Source of the DNA: Bacteroidales bacterium
GTDB taxonomy: Bacteria > Bacteroidota > Bacteroidia > Bacteroidales > GCA-2711565
Direction: 5' to 3'
Assembly (NCBI GenBank): GCA_963674935.2
Contig: CAXXWZ010000007.1
Span: 1,117,500 to 1,181,499 of the forward strand
Length of the DNA stretch: 64,000 nucleotides
Part shown: positions 24,845 to 34,089 of the stretch, piece by piece
How the letters are laid out: each line of letters begins with the position of its first letter
Numbering within the stretch: position 1 is the first letter of the stretch
Position numbers and translations under genes: made by a program
The notes under the pieces: generated by a model
What the model was told of the DNA's origin: nothing
The model's database searches: none
Seen by the model: only the letters and a program-made list of their open reading frames with translations

Positions 24845-27800
24845 ATGTTTTCACTCCACGCCCTAAAAACGATCGCCCGCTATGAAATGCGCACTTTATT
24901 GCGAGGTTGGTTTTTCAGAATTTTTGCAGGATTAACCATACTTAGTTTGGGAGGTTTTAATTTAGCCGTCTTCCTTGCTCAAAGTGGTTCTCCATGGCTT
25001 TATAGAGCCTTGCCTGCATCAATGCCTTATGTAAATCTTATCGTTTTAAATTTGGGTCAAGCTATTGTTGCTGTTTTTCTTGCATCCGAATTTTTAAAAC
25101 AGGATCGGAAAAATGATACCGTTGAAGTGATTTATGTACGCTCAATGACAAATGCCGAATATATTTTGGGCAAAACCTTCGGTATTCTGGCAGTGTTTTT
25201 TATTTTGAATTTGGTTGTGCTACTCATTGGTATGGGATTTTCTTTTATCAGTAATGATGCAGCAAAGGGTATCAGTGAGTTTTTTTACTACCCACTTTTA
25301 ATTAGTTTACCTACCTTGATTTTTATTCTAGGTTTGGCTTTCTTTTTAATGACCATTTTTAAAAATCAGGCCATAACATTCATCGTTATTTTAGGTTATA
25401 TAGCCCTAACCATTTTTTACCTTAATAACCAATACTATCACATTTTCGATTATATCGCTTATCAAGTTCCCATGTTTAATTCAAGCATCGCCGGATTTGG
25501 AAACTTACAGGAAGTCCTCATTCATCGCGGTATCTATCTTTTTATAGGGATCGGAATGATTTTCTTTACCATTTTTAAACTGCAGCGATTGCCACAAGCT
25601 AAATTATTCAGTTCTTTTCCATTCATTATTGCTTTGCTTTGTGTGGTTGTTGGTGGATTATTGGCCAATAAATATATCGTATTAAAAAAATCGAATGTCG
25701 AGCTTAAACAGCAAATGATTAGTTTAAACAATCAATATGTTCATTTTCCAAAAGTAAAGGTGATTGATTCAAAGATTGAACTTGAACATTTAGGAGAAAA
25801 AATAAAAGCAAAGGTTGAAATGCAAATAGCTAATTTCAGCGATCAAAAAATTGACACCCTCCTATTTAGTTTAAATCCCTCATTAAATATAACTTCAGTT
25901 CTGATTAACGAGGTACCTACAAATTTCAGCCGGGATTTGCAATTGGTTAAAATAATTCCTGAGTCAAAGATTGAAAGAAGTAAGATTTACAATTTAAATA
26001 TTGAATATGCTGGTTCTATAAATGAAAACACCCATTTTTTAGATGCAGATTTAGAAAACTATGAGGATAATTTTTCCTTGGAAATTTTTCGAATTCGTAA
26101 GAGATACGCCTACTTAATGGAAGATTTTGTTTGCCTCACAAGTGAATCATTGTGGTATCCCATATCGGGAGTTGGATATTCCACGCAAGATCCATCTTTG
26201 TTTTATCCTGATTTTACAAATTTTCATTTAACAGTTAACACTAAAAAAGGATTATCTGCCATTTCACAAGGAAGAACTTCAGAATTAGAAAGTTCAACCT
26301 TTAAGTTTGAGCCTGAATTTGCATTACCAAAAATTAGCTTACTAATCGGGAATTACAATAAACTTTCTCTTAAAGTCGATTCTATCAATTATAATATTTA
26401 TACCATTGAGGGAAATGAATATTTCATTTCTCACTTTACCAATTTGACTGACAGTCTTCCTGGAATTATAAGAGGTCTGAAGAATGAGTATGAAAGTCAT
26501 ATTGGACTGGAATATCCTTTTGAGCGATTTACGTTGGCTGAGGTTCCGATTCATTTTGCCTTAGACAAACACAGCTATTCAATGACAAGTGATGCCATCC
26601 AACCAGAAATGGTTTTCTATTCAGAAAAAGGTGTGACCATGGAAGAAACTGATTTTAAAAAACGTAAAAACCGATCTGAACGTCAAATGAAGAGAGACAA
26701 TGAAGAGATTTCACCCGAGGAACTTCAATCAAGAATATTTAAAAGATTTGTAAGAGGGAACTTTATGGCCAACTCAAATGAATGGTATCAATATGGTGAT
26801 GTTGTGGATCGAAATACCTATTCAATTTTTCCCAATTATTATTCATTTATTACACAATTGCAATCGCCTAAATGGCCTATGCTTGATATCGCTCTTGGTA
26901 TTTATTTAAAAGATAGAAATGAAAATGCATTTTCAGCCAGCAGATGGTTTTTCGAAGGAATTAGTAAAGGTGAAAGAGTTAATTTAGAATTGAAAAAAAG
27001 CTCTTTAGAAGAATTAATGCTAAATGGAATTTCGGAGCAACCTACAAGTGATGAGGTAGATGAGGATGAAATTGTTAGGCTGAACGATGTAATTTTAGCA
27101 AAAGGCGATAATTTGTTCTCACTCTTTAATGCCAGATATGGGCATGATGAATTTAACAATTTTTTGAATGGAATAATCATACAAAACAGACATCAGCCAT
27201 TTTCTTTTGATTCATTTAATAAGGGCATGCAAAGCAGTTTTAATGATACCATATCAAATGAAATTAGCGATTGGTATTCGAAACAAAATCTACCCGGCTT
27301 TCTAGTTAAAGACATAGAAACTTATAAAGTGTTAGAAGGAGAATTTACTAAATATCAGTTAAAATTTAAAATTTCAAATCCAGAGGATATTGATGGTTTA
27401 GTAACCGTGAATGTAGATTTAGATAATCAAGAAATACGTGAAGATAACAATCAGATTAATGTTGATTTTGCCAAAGAAATTTATATTCCCGCACATTCTG
27501 CACGTGAAGTTGGTTTTGTATTTACAACCGAACCAAACAGAATGAATATCTATACTCACATCTCAGAAAACCTTCCCAATAACCTTATTTATGATTTTGA
27601 TTCGTTTGAAGAAATTAGGAAGGTAGCTTCTTTCGACAAAATCCAAACTACTGCCTTATTTACTAATATTGACGAGCCAAATGAAATTATCGTTGACAAT
27701 GAAGATGAAGGATTTGAATTCATCCAAACTACGAATAAAGCATTTCTAAAGGCTTTGGTTGATAAAAATAAGACACAACCCTATAAATATGTTGGAATCA

Positions 27801-28198
27801 GATACTGGAATCCTCCTGTGGAGTGGAAATCGGTTTTACGTTCTGGCTTTTATGGTAAATATGTTCGTTCAGCAATGTACACGAGTTCAGGTGGAGAAGA
27901 CCGAAAAGCTGTTTGGAAAGCACAGCTGGAAGAGGGTGCATTTTATGATGTGTATTGTCATCTTGAAAAAATTAATATCCGCAGAAGAAATCAAACCCGA
28001 AAATCTGATTATCACTTTAAAGTGCATCATGCTGATGGTGTTGAAGAAATACATCTTACAGATGAAGAATTAGAAAATGGATGGAATTATTTGGGATCTT
28101 ATTTTATAAATCCGGAAAATGCGAAAGTTGAATTAGCAAATAAATCAATCGGCCGAATGGTTTTTGCCGACGCCATGAAATGGGTTAAAAATGAATAA
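24845..28198 (+). CDS. ABC-2-type permease (N-terminal ~280 aa, about 6-7 TM) fused to an ~840-aa extracytoplasmic domain with an M1-peptidase-like layout but no HExxH
   Basis: 1117 aa with hydrophobic helices up to about residue 280. After that the protein is hydrophilic. Its strings follow the order of M1 aminopeptidase N-terminal and catalytic domains (..YNLNIEYAGSINEN.., SESLWYPISG, FHLTVNTKKGLSAISQG, IGLEYPFERFTLAEVP). I found no HExxH or GAMEN anywhere in the ORF. Confidence 0.6.
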   Translation: MFSLHALKTIARYEMRTLLRGWFFRIFAGLTILSLGGFNLAVFLAQSGSPWLYRALPASMPYVNLIVLNLGQAIVAVFLASEFLKQDRKNDTVEVIYVRSMTNAEYILGKTFGILAVFFILNLVVLLIGMGFSFISNDAAKGISEFFYYPLLISLPTLIFILGLAFFLMTIFKNQAITFIVILGYIALTIFYLNNQYYHIFDYIAYQVPMFNSSIAGFGNLQEVLIHRGIYLFIGIGMIFFTIFKLQRLPQAKLFSSFPFIIALLCVVVGGLLANKYIVLKKSNVELKQQMISLNNQYVHFPKVKVIDSKIELEHLGEKIKAKVEMQIANFSDQKIDTLLFSLNPSLNITSVLINEVPTNFSRDLQLVKIIPESKIERSKIYNLNIEYAGSINENTHFLDADLENYEDNFSLEIFRIRKRYAYLMEDFVCLTSESLWYPISGVGYSTQDPSLFYPDFTNFHLTVNTKKGLSAISQGRTSELESSTFKFEPEFALPKISLLIGNYNKLSLKVDSINYNIYTIEGNEYFISHFTNLTDSLPGIIRGLKNEYESHIGLEYPFERFTLAEVPIHFALDKHSYSMTSDAIQPEMVFYSEKGVTMEETDFKKRKNRSERQMKRDNEEISPEELQSRIFKRFVRGNFMANSNEWYQYGDVVDRNTYSIFPNYYSFITQLQSPKWPMLDIALGIYLKDRNENAFSASRWFFEGISKGERVNLELKKSSLEELMLNGISEQPTSDEVDEDEIVRLNDVILAKGDNLFSLFNARYGHDEFNNFLNGIIIQNRHQPFSFDSFNKGMQSSFNDTISNEISDWYSKQNLPGFLVKDIETYKVLEGEFTKYQLKFKISNPEDIDGLVTVNVDLDNQEIREDNNQINVDFAKEIYIPAHSAREVGFVFTTEPNRMNIYTHISENLPNNLIYDFDSFEEIRKVASFDKIQTTALFTNIDEPNEIIVDNEDEGFEFIQTTNKAFLKALVDKNKTQPYKYVGIRYWNPPVEWKSVLRSGFYGKYVRSAMYTSSGGEDRKAVWKAQLEEGAFYDVYCHLEKINIRRRNQTRKSDYHFKVHHADGVEEIHLTDEELENGWNYLGSYFINPENAKVELANKSIGRMVFADAMKWVKNE

Positions 28199-29708
28199 TC
28201 ATAACAACAATATAAAAGCAAAAAATAATATGAAACTTGCGAAAATACTGATAGTTGCAATAATGCTCCTATTTATGTCCAATGTAAGCTCAGCACAAAC
28301 AAGACTTACTTTAGAAAAGGCGATGGAAATTGCGTTGCAAAATAGCCCCGACATCACAAAATCACGACTGAATATGGAGCAGAACAAAGAATATTTAAAT
28401 GCTCAGCTCGCTGCATTAAAGTCCAGATTTTCTTTTGAAGTAACTCCGTTTTCTTATTCAAAAACAGATACTTATAACGATTATTTTTCTGAATGGTATA
28501 CCTCCGAAAATAAAGGAGCCAGCGGAAGTTTAACCATTTCACAGCCGGTAAAAATTTCTGACGGAACACTTATTCTTCGGAATGATTTTGGGTATCAGGA
28601 TAATTTTTCAGAATCGAGTAGTAATAATTATAAAGGTTATAATAATAACTTGTATTTACAATACACGCAACCCTTGTTTACCTACAACCGTACTAAGATG
28701 AATCTGACTAAGAACCAGCTTAATCTTGAAAATGCAACACTGGCCTATTCGATAGAAATGTTGAATCTGGAAAGATTGGTTAATCAGGCTTTTTATTCCA
28801 TTTACCAAAAACAAATGGCTTATGAAATTGCCAAGGAGGAATATGAAAATCAAAAAGTAAGTAAGGAAATAATTGAAAGCAAGGTTGAAGGTGATTTATC
28901 TGCGCGGGAAGAATTATATCAGGCAGAATTAAATTTAGCCACAAGTAAATCGAGTTTGGATAATAGCTTTGTTGATCTTGAAAATGCAGAAGATCAATTT
29001 AAGCAACTCATTGGAATGTCTTTGTATGAAGATGTGGAAGTTATTACCGATATAAAATATACTCCGGTTGTGGTCGATCTTGATAAAGCCATTGAAAATG
29101 GCTTAGCACAACGATTAGAATTGGTACAACGTCAGATTAGTTTGGATAATGCACAATTCAGCTTAATTGAAACTTCATCAACCAACGAATTTAGAGGTAA
29201 TCTGACCTTATCTGTAGGAATTATTGGCAATAATGAAAAGCTGACAGATGTTTATAACAGGCCAACTAAAAGTCCTCAGGTTGGATTAACTTTTTCAGTT
29301 CCAATTTTTGATTGGGGGGAGCGCAAAGCCAGAATTCGGGCAGCAGAACTTGAAATTGAGACCCGAGAAATTGATAAAAAATCGCTTGAAGATGATATCA
29401 TCATTAATATCCGGCAGGTATACAGAAACTTGAACAATTTAGTGATGCAAATTAATATTGCCGAGCAAAATGACAGAAATGCGCAATTAACTTACGATAT
29501 TAATCTTGAGCGCTATAGAAATGGTGATTTGACAAGTATTGATTTACAACGTTATCAAAATCAGCTTTCTTCTAAAAAAATGGAAATGTCAAATGCACTC
29601 ATCAATTACAAGTTAGAGTTGCTTAATTTAAAAATACAATCACTTTGGGATTTTGAAAATAACACTTCTTTTATTCCACAGAACTTGCAAAATAACATCA
29701 TCAAATAA
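28191..29708 (+). CDS. TolC-family outer membrane efflux protein
   Basis: 505 aa. A signal-like MKLAKILIVAIMLLFMSNVSSAQ gives a more likely start at 28230. The OEP-type internal duplication is visible (LTLEKAMEIALQNSPD... and ...AIENGLAQRLELVQ...). Long coiled segments are present, and the gene is followed by MFP and RND genes. Confidence 0.8.
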   Translation: MNNHNNNIKAKNNMKLAKILIVAIMLLFMSNVSSAQTRLTLEKAMEIALQNSPDITKSRLNMEQNKEYLNAQLAALKSRFSFEVTPFSYSKTDTYNDYFSEWYTSENKGASGSLTISQPVKISDGTLILRNDFGYQDNFSESSSNNYKGYNNNLYLQYTQPLFTYNRTKMNLTKNQLNLENATLAYSIEMLNLERLVNQAFYSIYQKQMAYEIAKEEYENQKVSKEIIESKVEGDLSAREELYQAELNLATSKSSLDNSFVDLENAEDQFKQLIGMSLYEDVEVITDIKYTPVVVDLDKAIENGLAQRLELVQRQISLDNAQFSLIETSSTNEFRGNLTLSVGIIGNNEKLTDVYNRPTKSPQVGLTFSVPIFDWGERKARIRAAELEIETREIDKKSLEDDIIINIRQVYRNLNNLVMQINIAEQNDRNAQLTYDINLERYRNGDLTSIDLQRYQNQLSSKKMEMSNALINYKLELLNLKIQSLWDFENNTSFIPQNLQNNIIK

Positions 29709-29741
29709 CAAACGAAAATTAACCATACAAACAGTATATTT

Positions 29742-30884
29742 ATGAAACGAGCATGTATTAACCAGCGCAGAACCCAAAATTTAAACAGTTGCGTGCACGT
29801 TGCATCTGCAACTCTTACTTCAAATTTCTTACGGATAAAACGATTTTTGATCTTTATTTTTGCTGGAATACTTCTGGCATCCTGTAATGATAACAGCACC
29901 GAACTTAATAAGGATATTTCTGTTCCTGTTTCGGTGTTGGAAATCAAACCTTCATCTATTGAAAAATACATCAGTACCACAGGAACTGTAAGGCCGGTTA
30001 AGGAAGTAACCTTAACAGCCGAAATTAATGGTTTATATCAGTTACAAACCAATCCAAGAACAAAAAAGCCTTATGCCTTAGGTGATTATATAAGCGCTGG
30101 GGAAGCCATTGTTGGAATTATAAACCCTGAATATAAGAATGGAATTCAAAATAACTCAGTTGAACTGCAGCTTGAAACTACCAAACAAACTTATGATAAG
30201 CAAAAGAGCCTTTACGAAAAAGGTGGCGTTACACTCAGTGATATGAAAAATGCTGAGATTAACTATATGAATGCCAAGTATGCTTTGGAAGATGCTGCGA
30301 TTAAACTTCGAAAAATGACCGTACTCTCCCCTATTTCAGGTGTTATTGTTGAGTTACCTTATCAAACACAAAATACTCCGTTATTAACCGGTACCGCACT
30401 TGCAAAAGTGATGGATTACAGTCAGTTATTGATGGAAATTAATTTGGCCGAGAAAAACATTAATGAGGTTAAAAGAAATCAAGATGTTCGGATCATGAAT
30501 TACACCATCCCTGATGATACTTTGACTGGTATAATTAGTCAAATCTCTCCAGCCATTGATGCAGATACCCGTTCTTTCAGAGCAGTATTAACCATTGAGA
30601 ATCCAAAGCTATTGCTTAGGCCCGGGATGTTTGCCAAAGGAGAAATTGTGGTCGCATCTGTTGATCATACCATCGTAATTCCGAAAGAAGTTATTCTTTC
30701 AAAACAAAAAGGAAATACGGTTTATGTGATCGACAAAGGATTAGCAGTTGAACGCATTCTTGCATTTGGCCTGGAAAATCCAAATGAAGTTCAAATTATT
30801 TCTGGTTTAAATATGAACGAACGTCTTGTTACAAAAGGATTTGAGACCTTAAGAAATCGATCGAAAGTAAAAGTAGTTAAGTAG
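29742..30884 (+). CDS. Efflux RND periplasmic adaptor subunit (HlyD/MFP family lipoprotein)
   Basis: 380 aa with lipobox FAGILLASC. It has a coiled-coil hairpin region (QLETTKQTYDKQKSLYEKGGVTLSDMKNAEINYMNAKYALEDA), lipoyl-like halves (V.P..EV.L.AEI.G / V.SPISGVI) and a beta-barrel with C-terminal domain. The start codon is uncertain. Confidence 0.85.
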   Translation: MKRACINQRRTQNLNSCVHVASATLTSNFLRIKRFLIFIFAGILLASCNDNSTELNKDISVPVSVLEIKPSSIEKYISTTGTVRPVKEVTLTAEINGLYQLQTNPRTKKPYALGDYISAGEAIVGIINPEYKNGIQNNSVELQLETTKQTYDKQKSLYEKGGVTLSDMKNAEINYMNAKYALEDAAIKLRKMTVLSPISGVIVELPYQTQNTPLLTGTALAKVMDYSQLLMEINLAEKNINEVKRNQDVRIMNYTIPDDTLTGIISQISPAIDADTRSFRAVLTIENPKLLLRPGMFAKGEIVVASVDHTIVIPKEVILSKQKGNTVYVIDKGLAVERILAFGLENPNEVQIISGLNMNERLVTKGFETLRNRSKVKVVK

Positions 30885-30945
30885 CAGGTATTAAAATTCA
30901 TTGCATGGTTAATGCAGCTACTTTTCAAATACTAAATAGAACATA

Positions 30946-33900
30946 ATGAAGAAAATTACGCGTTTTTCAGTACAGTATCCGGTTACCGTTACCATGATTG
31001 TTATTGCAATCATCTTACTGGGTTATATATCGTTCGGGAAACTTAGTGTCGACTTATTTCCCGACATGAATGCACCCCGGATTTTTGTAGAAATAAAGGC
31101 AGGTGAACGTCCTCCAGAGGAAGTCGAAAAACAATATATCGAAAACATTGAAGCTCAAGCTATTCGCCAAAAAGGGGTTACTCAAGTCTCCTCTGTTTGT
31201 ATGGTTGGCTCAGCAAGAGTTACTGTTGAATATGCCTGGGGAAGGGACATGGATGAAGCATTTCTGGATTTACAAAAAGCATTAACAACCTATAGTCAGA
31301 ATTCCGATTTAGAAGAGTTCACTATTACGCAACATGATCCGAATGCCGCGCCTGTAATGATTATCGGCATGTTCCATTCTGAAAATTCCGACATGGATGA
31401 GTTACGGAAAATTGGTGAAAATTATATCAGAAATGAATTGGTTCGTTTAGAGGGAATTGCCGACGTTACCTTAACAGGAACTGAAGAAAAAGAAATTTTG
31501 ATTGAAACAAGCCCTTACATGCTTGATGCCTTCGGGTTAACTTCAGATGATATTGTGGCTCAGATTCAAAACATGAACCGCAATGTTTCGGGTGGAAGCA
31601 TTGTTGAAATGGGCAAAAAATATATCATTAAGGGAGCCGGATTAATTAAAAATTTGGATGATCTAAAAAACATGGTCATCACTTACAAACAGGTCGGTGC
31701 AGCCGCGAATCCACAAGCAGCACAAAGTATTTCAAAGAAAGTTCCTGTGTACTTAAAAGACATTGCAGAAGTTAGTTTTGTAAATAAAGATCCGTTAAAC
31801 ATTGTGAGAATTAACGGTAAAAGATGTGTTGGATTATCCATTTATAAAGAAACCGGATTCAATACCGTATCTGCAGTTAATAATCTGAATGAAACCTTAG
31901 AATCCATCAAAAAAGCCTTACCAGGATACGAATTTATTGTAGTTCAAAACCAAGGAGACTTTATTCAAAATTCAATTTCCGAGGTCGAAGAAACCGCCTT
32001 AATCGGAATCATCATCGCGGTAATAGTGCTATTCATATTTTTGAGAAGATTAAAAGTTACGCTCATTATCAGTTTTGCCATTCCAATTTCCATCATTGCA
32101 ACATTTAACTTAATGTACTTTAACGGGCTAAGCCTGAATATCATGACTTTAGGTGGGTTGGCACTTGGAGCCGGAATGCTTGTGGATAATGCCATTGTGG
32201 TTGTAGAAAATATCTTCAGAAATATGGAACAAGGCATGAGCGTTAAAGAAGCAGCCATTACCGGAACCGCTGAAGTGGGCGGAGCTATAACGGCTTCAAC
32301 TTTAACAACCATAGTGGTGTTTTTGCCCATTGTTTATTTACAAGGCGTTTCAGGTGCCTTATTTAAAGATCAGGCATGGACAGTCGCATTTTCTTTGCTT
32401 GCATCTTTATTTGTAGCAATTTTAGTAATTCCAATGCTCTTTAATTTTGCTTATGGTAAGAAGAAAGTTAAAACGGTTGTTAAATCAATTAAAATTGGTT
32501 GGTACGGTCAACTATTAGCAAAATTATTAAATTATAGATATGTGGTTATCTTGATCGCAGCAATTATGCTTGCAATCACAGTTTATATTTATCCTTTGGT
32601 AGGAAGTGAATACTTACCAAAAACTGAAACCAGTGAATTCAATCTTGATATCGTTCTTACTGAGGGAACAGAATTAAATAGAACTGCTTCAACGGTTGAT
32701 GCCATCGAACAAATGATTGCGTTAGTACTTGAAGGTAAAACAGAAACCATTTTTAGTCAAATAGGTCCTGCCACTTCAATTAGTTCGGATAAATCAGTAT
32801 TTAAAAACGAGAACAGTGCCTCAATTAAAGTAAAATTAAAGCCTGAGGTTGTGCCATTTTCAGAAAGCATTATTTCAACTATTACTGAATTGGTTAGTGG
32901 AATTCCGGATGCAGAAATTACAGTACAACGGGATGAAACTGCTTTGCAATCAACTGTTGGTGCTGATGAGGCACCATTAATTGTTGAGCTTAAAGGTAGA
33001 GATTTGGCGATGCTGGAGAGTATTTCTGAAACCATTAAAACTAACCTGAAAGAAGTACCTGAATTATTTAATTTAAAAACTTCCATCGAAGCAGGAGCTC
33101 CTGAAATTGATGTCGTAATTGATCGGTATAAAGCCAGTTTATTTAACCTTTCAGCGGATGGTATTGCATCGCAGCTCAATGAACTTTTAATGGGCAAAAA
33201 TGCAGGGAAATATGAGAAGTCAGGTGAGATGAGTGACATTACGGTTAAGATGCCCGACATCAGCCTTTACGAATTTTCATCCATCAAATTAAAAAGTGGT
33301 ACGATGGAAGTTCCTCTTTACGAAGTGGCAAATATCAAACGATCTACTTCACCTAAGCAATTGCTACGACGAAATCAAAATCGGATCACAAAAATTACAG
33401 CTGATATTGACAGAAGTATTGCTTTCGATAAAGTAATTGAAAGGGTTAATAACCAACTTAGTGCATTGGTATTACCCGACGGATACACAACAGAAATTGT
33501 AGGGGTTGAGAAAAAACGTCAGGATGCCATGTCGAATTTAAGTTTCGCACTTATTTTATCAGTCATTTTGGTTTACATGGTGATGGCTTCACAATTTGAA
33601 TCCATCATTCATCCATTCACAATTTTGTTAACCATACCTCTAGCTGGTGTGGGTGCAATTTGGGCATTTTTCATTATCGGAACTTCACTAAATATAATGG
33701 CCTTTATTGGAATCATTATGCTGGCTGGGATAGCAGTGAACGACTCAATTATTCTTGTGGATGCCATAAATCAGTTTAAATCGAAAGGCCATTCACTAAA
33801 AGACTCCATCATGAGGGCAGGTGAAAATCGAATAAGGCCAATAGTGATGACCAGTATTACTACAATTTTAGCCTTATTACCATTAACAATTGGTATTGGA

Positions 33901-34065
33901 GAAAGTGCATCACTGCGCTCTCCTATGGCTATTGCAGTAATTGCTGGACTTGTTACGAGTACAATTCTCACATTGATCGTTATTCCTTGCGTGTATTACA
34001 TTTTTGAAACTATGAAGGATGCCATCATGGGGAAAGAAGATCAACCAGAGCTAACAAATTTATAA
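30946..34065 (+). CDS. Efflux RND transporter permease subunit (AcrB/CzcA superfamily)
   Basis: 1039 aa of canonical length. It shows the N-terminal TM followed by a large loop, and the conserved TM4 region GGLALGAGMLVDNAIVVVENIFR. The second-half repeat has GIIMLAGIAVNDSIILVDAI and RPIVMTSITTILALLPL. Confidence 0.9.
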   Translation: MKKITRFSVQYPVTVTMIVIAIILLGYISFGKLSVDLFPDMNAPRIFVEIKAGERPPEEVEKQYIENIEAQAIRQKGVTQVSSVCMVGSARVTVEYAWGRDMDEAFLDLQKALTTYSQNSDLEEFTITQHDPNAAPVMIIGMFHSENSDMDELRKIGENYIRNELVRLEGIADVTLTGTEEKEILIETSPYMLDAFGLTSDDIVAQIQNMNRNVSGGSIVEMGKKYIIKGAGLIKNLDDLKNMVITYKQVGAAANPQAAQSISKKVPVYLKDIAEVSFVNKDPLNIVRINGKRCVGLSIYKETGFNTVSAVNNLNETLESIKKALPGYEFIVVQNQGDFIQNSISEVEETALIGIIIAVIVLFIFLRRLKVTLIISFAIPISIIATFNLMYFNGLSLNIMTLGGLALGAGMLVDNAIVVVENIFRNMEQGMSVKEAAITGTAEVGGAITASTLTTIVVFLPIVYLQGVSGALFKDQAWTVAFSLLASLFVAILVIPMLFNFAYGKKKVKTVVKSIKIGWYGQLLAKLLNYRYVVILIAAIMLAITVYIYPLVGSEYLPKTETSEFNLDIVLTEGTELNRTASTVDAIEQMIALVLEGKTETIFSQIGPATSISSDKSVFKNENSASIKVKLKPEVVPFSESIISTITELVSGIPDAEITVQRDETALQSTVGADEAPLIVELKGRDLAMLESISETIKTNLKEVPELFNLKTSIEAGAPEIDVVIDRYKASLFNLSADGIASQLNELLMGKNAGKYEKSGEMSDITVKMPDISLYEFSSIKLKSGTMEVPLYEVANIKRSTSPKQLLRRNQNRITKITADIDRSIAFDKVIERVNNQLSALVLPDGYTTEIVGVEKKRQDAMSNLSFALILSVILVYMVMASQFESIIHPFTILLTIPLAGVGAIWAFFIIGTSLNIMAFIGIIMLAGIAVNDSIILVDAINQFKSKGHSLKDSIMRAGENRIRPIVMTSITTILALLPLTIGIGESASLRSPMAIAVIAGLVTSTILTLIVIPCVYYIFETMKDAIMGKEDQPELTNL

Positions 34066-34089
34066 CTCATTAAAAAAGAACATAAGTTT

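Noticed and set aside
24845-28198. Calling the 1117-aa protein an active ABC permease/M1 aminopeptidase
   Set aside because: There is no HExxH or GAMEN motif anywhere in the translated ORF, so only an M1-like fold can be hypothesised, not a peptidase activity.
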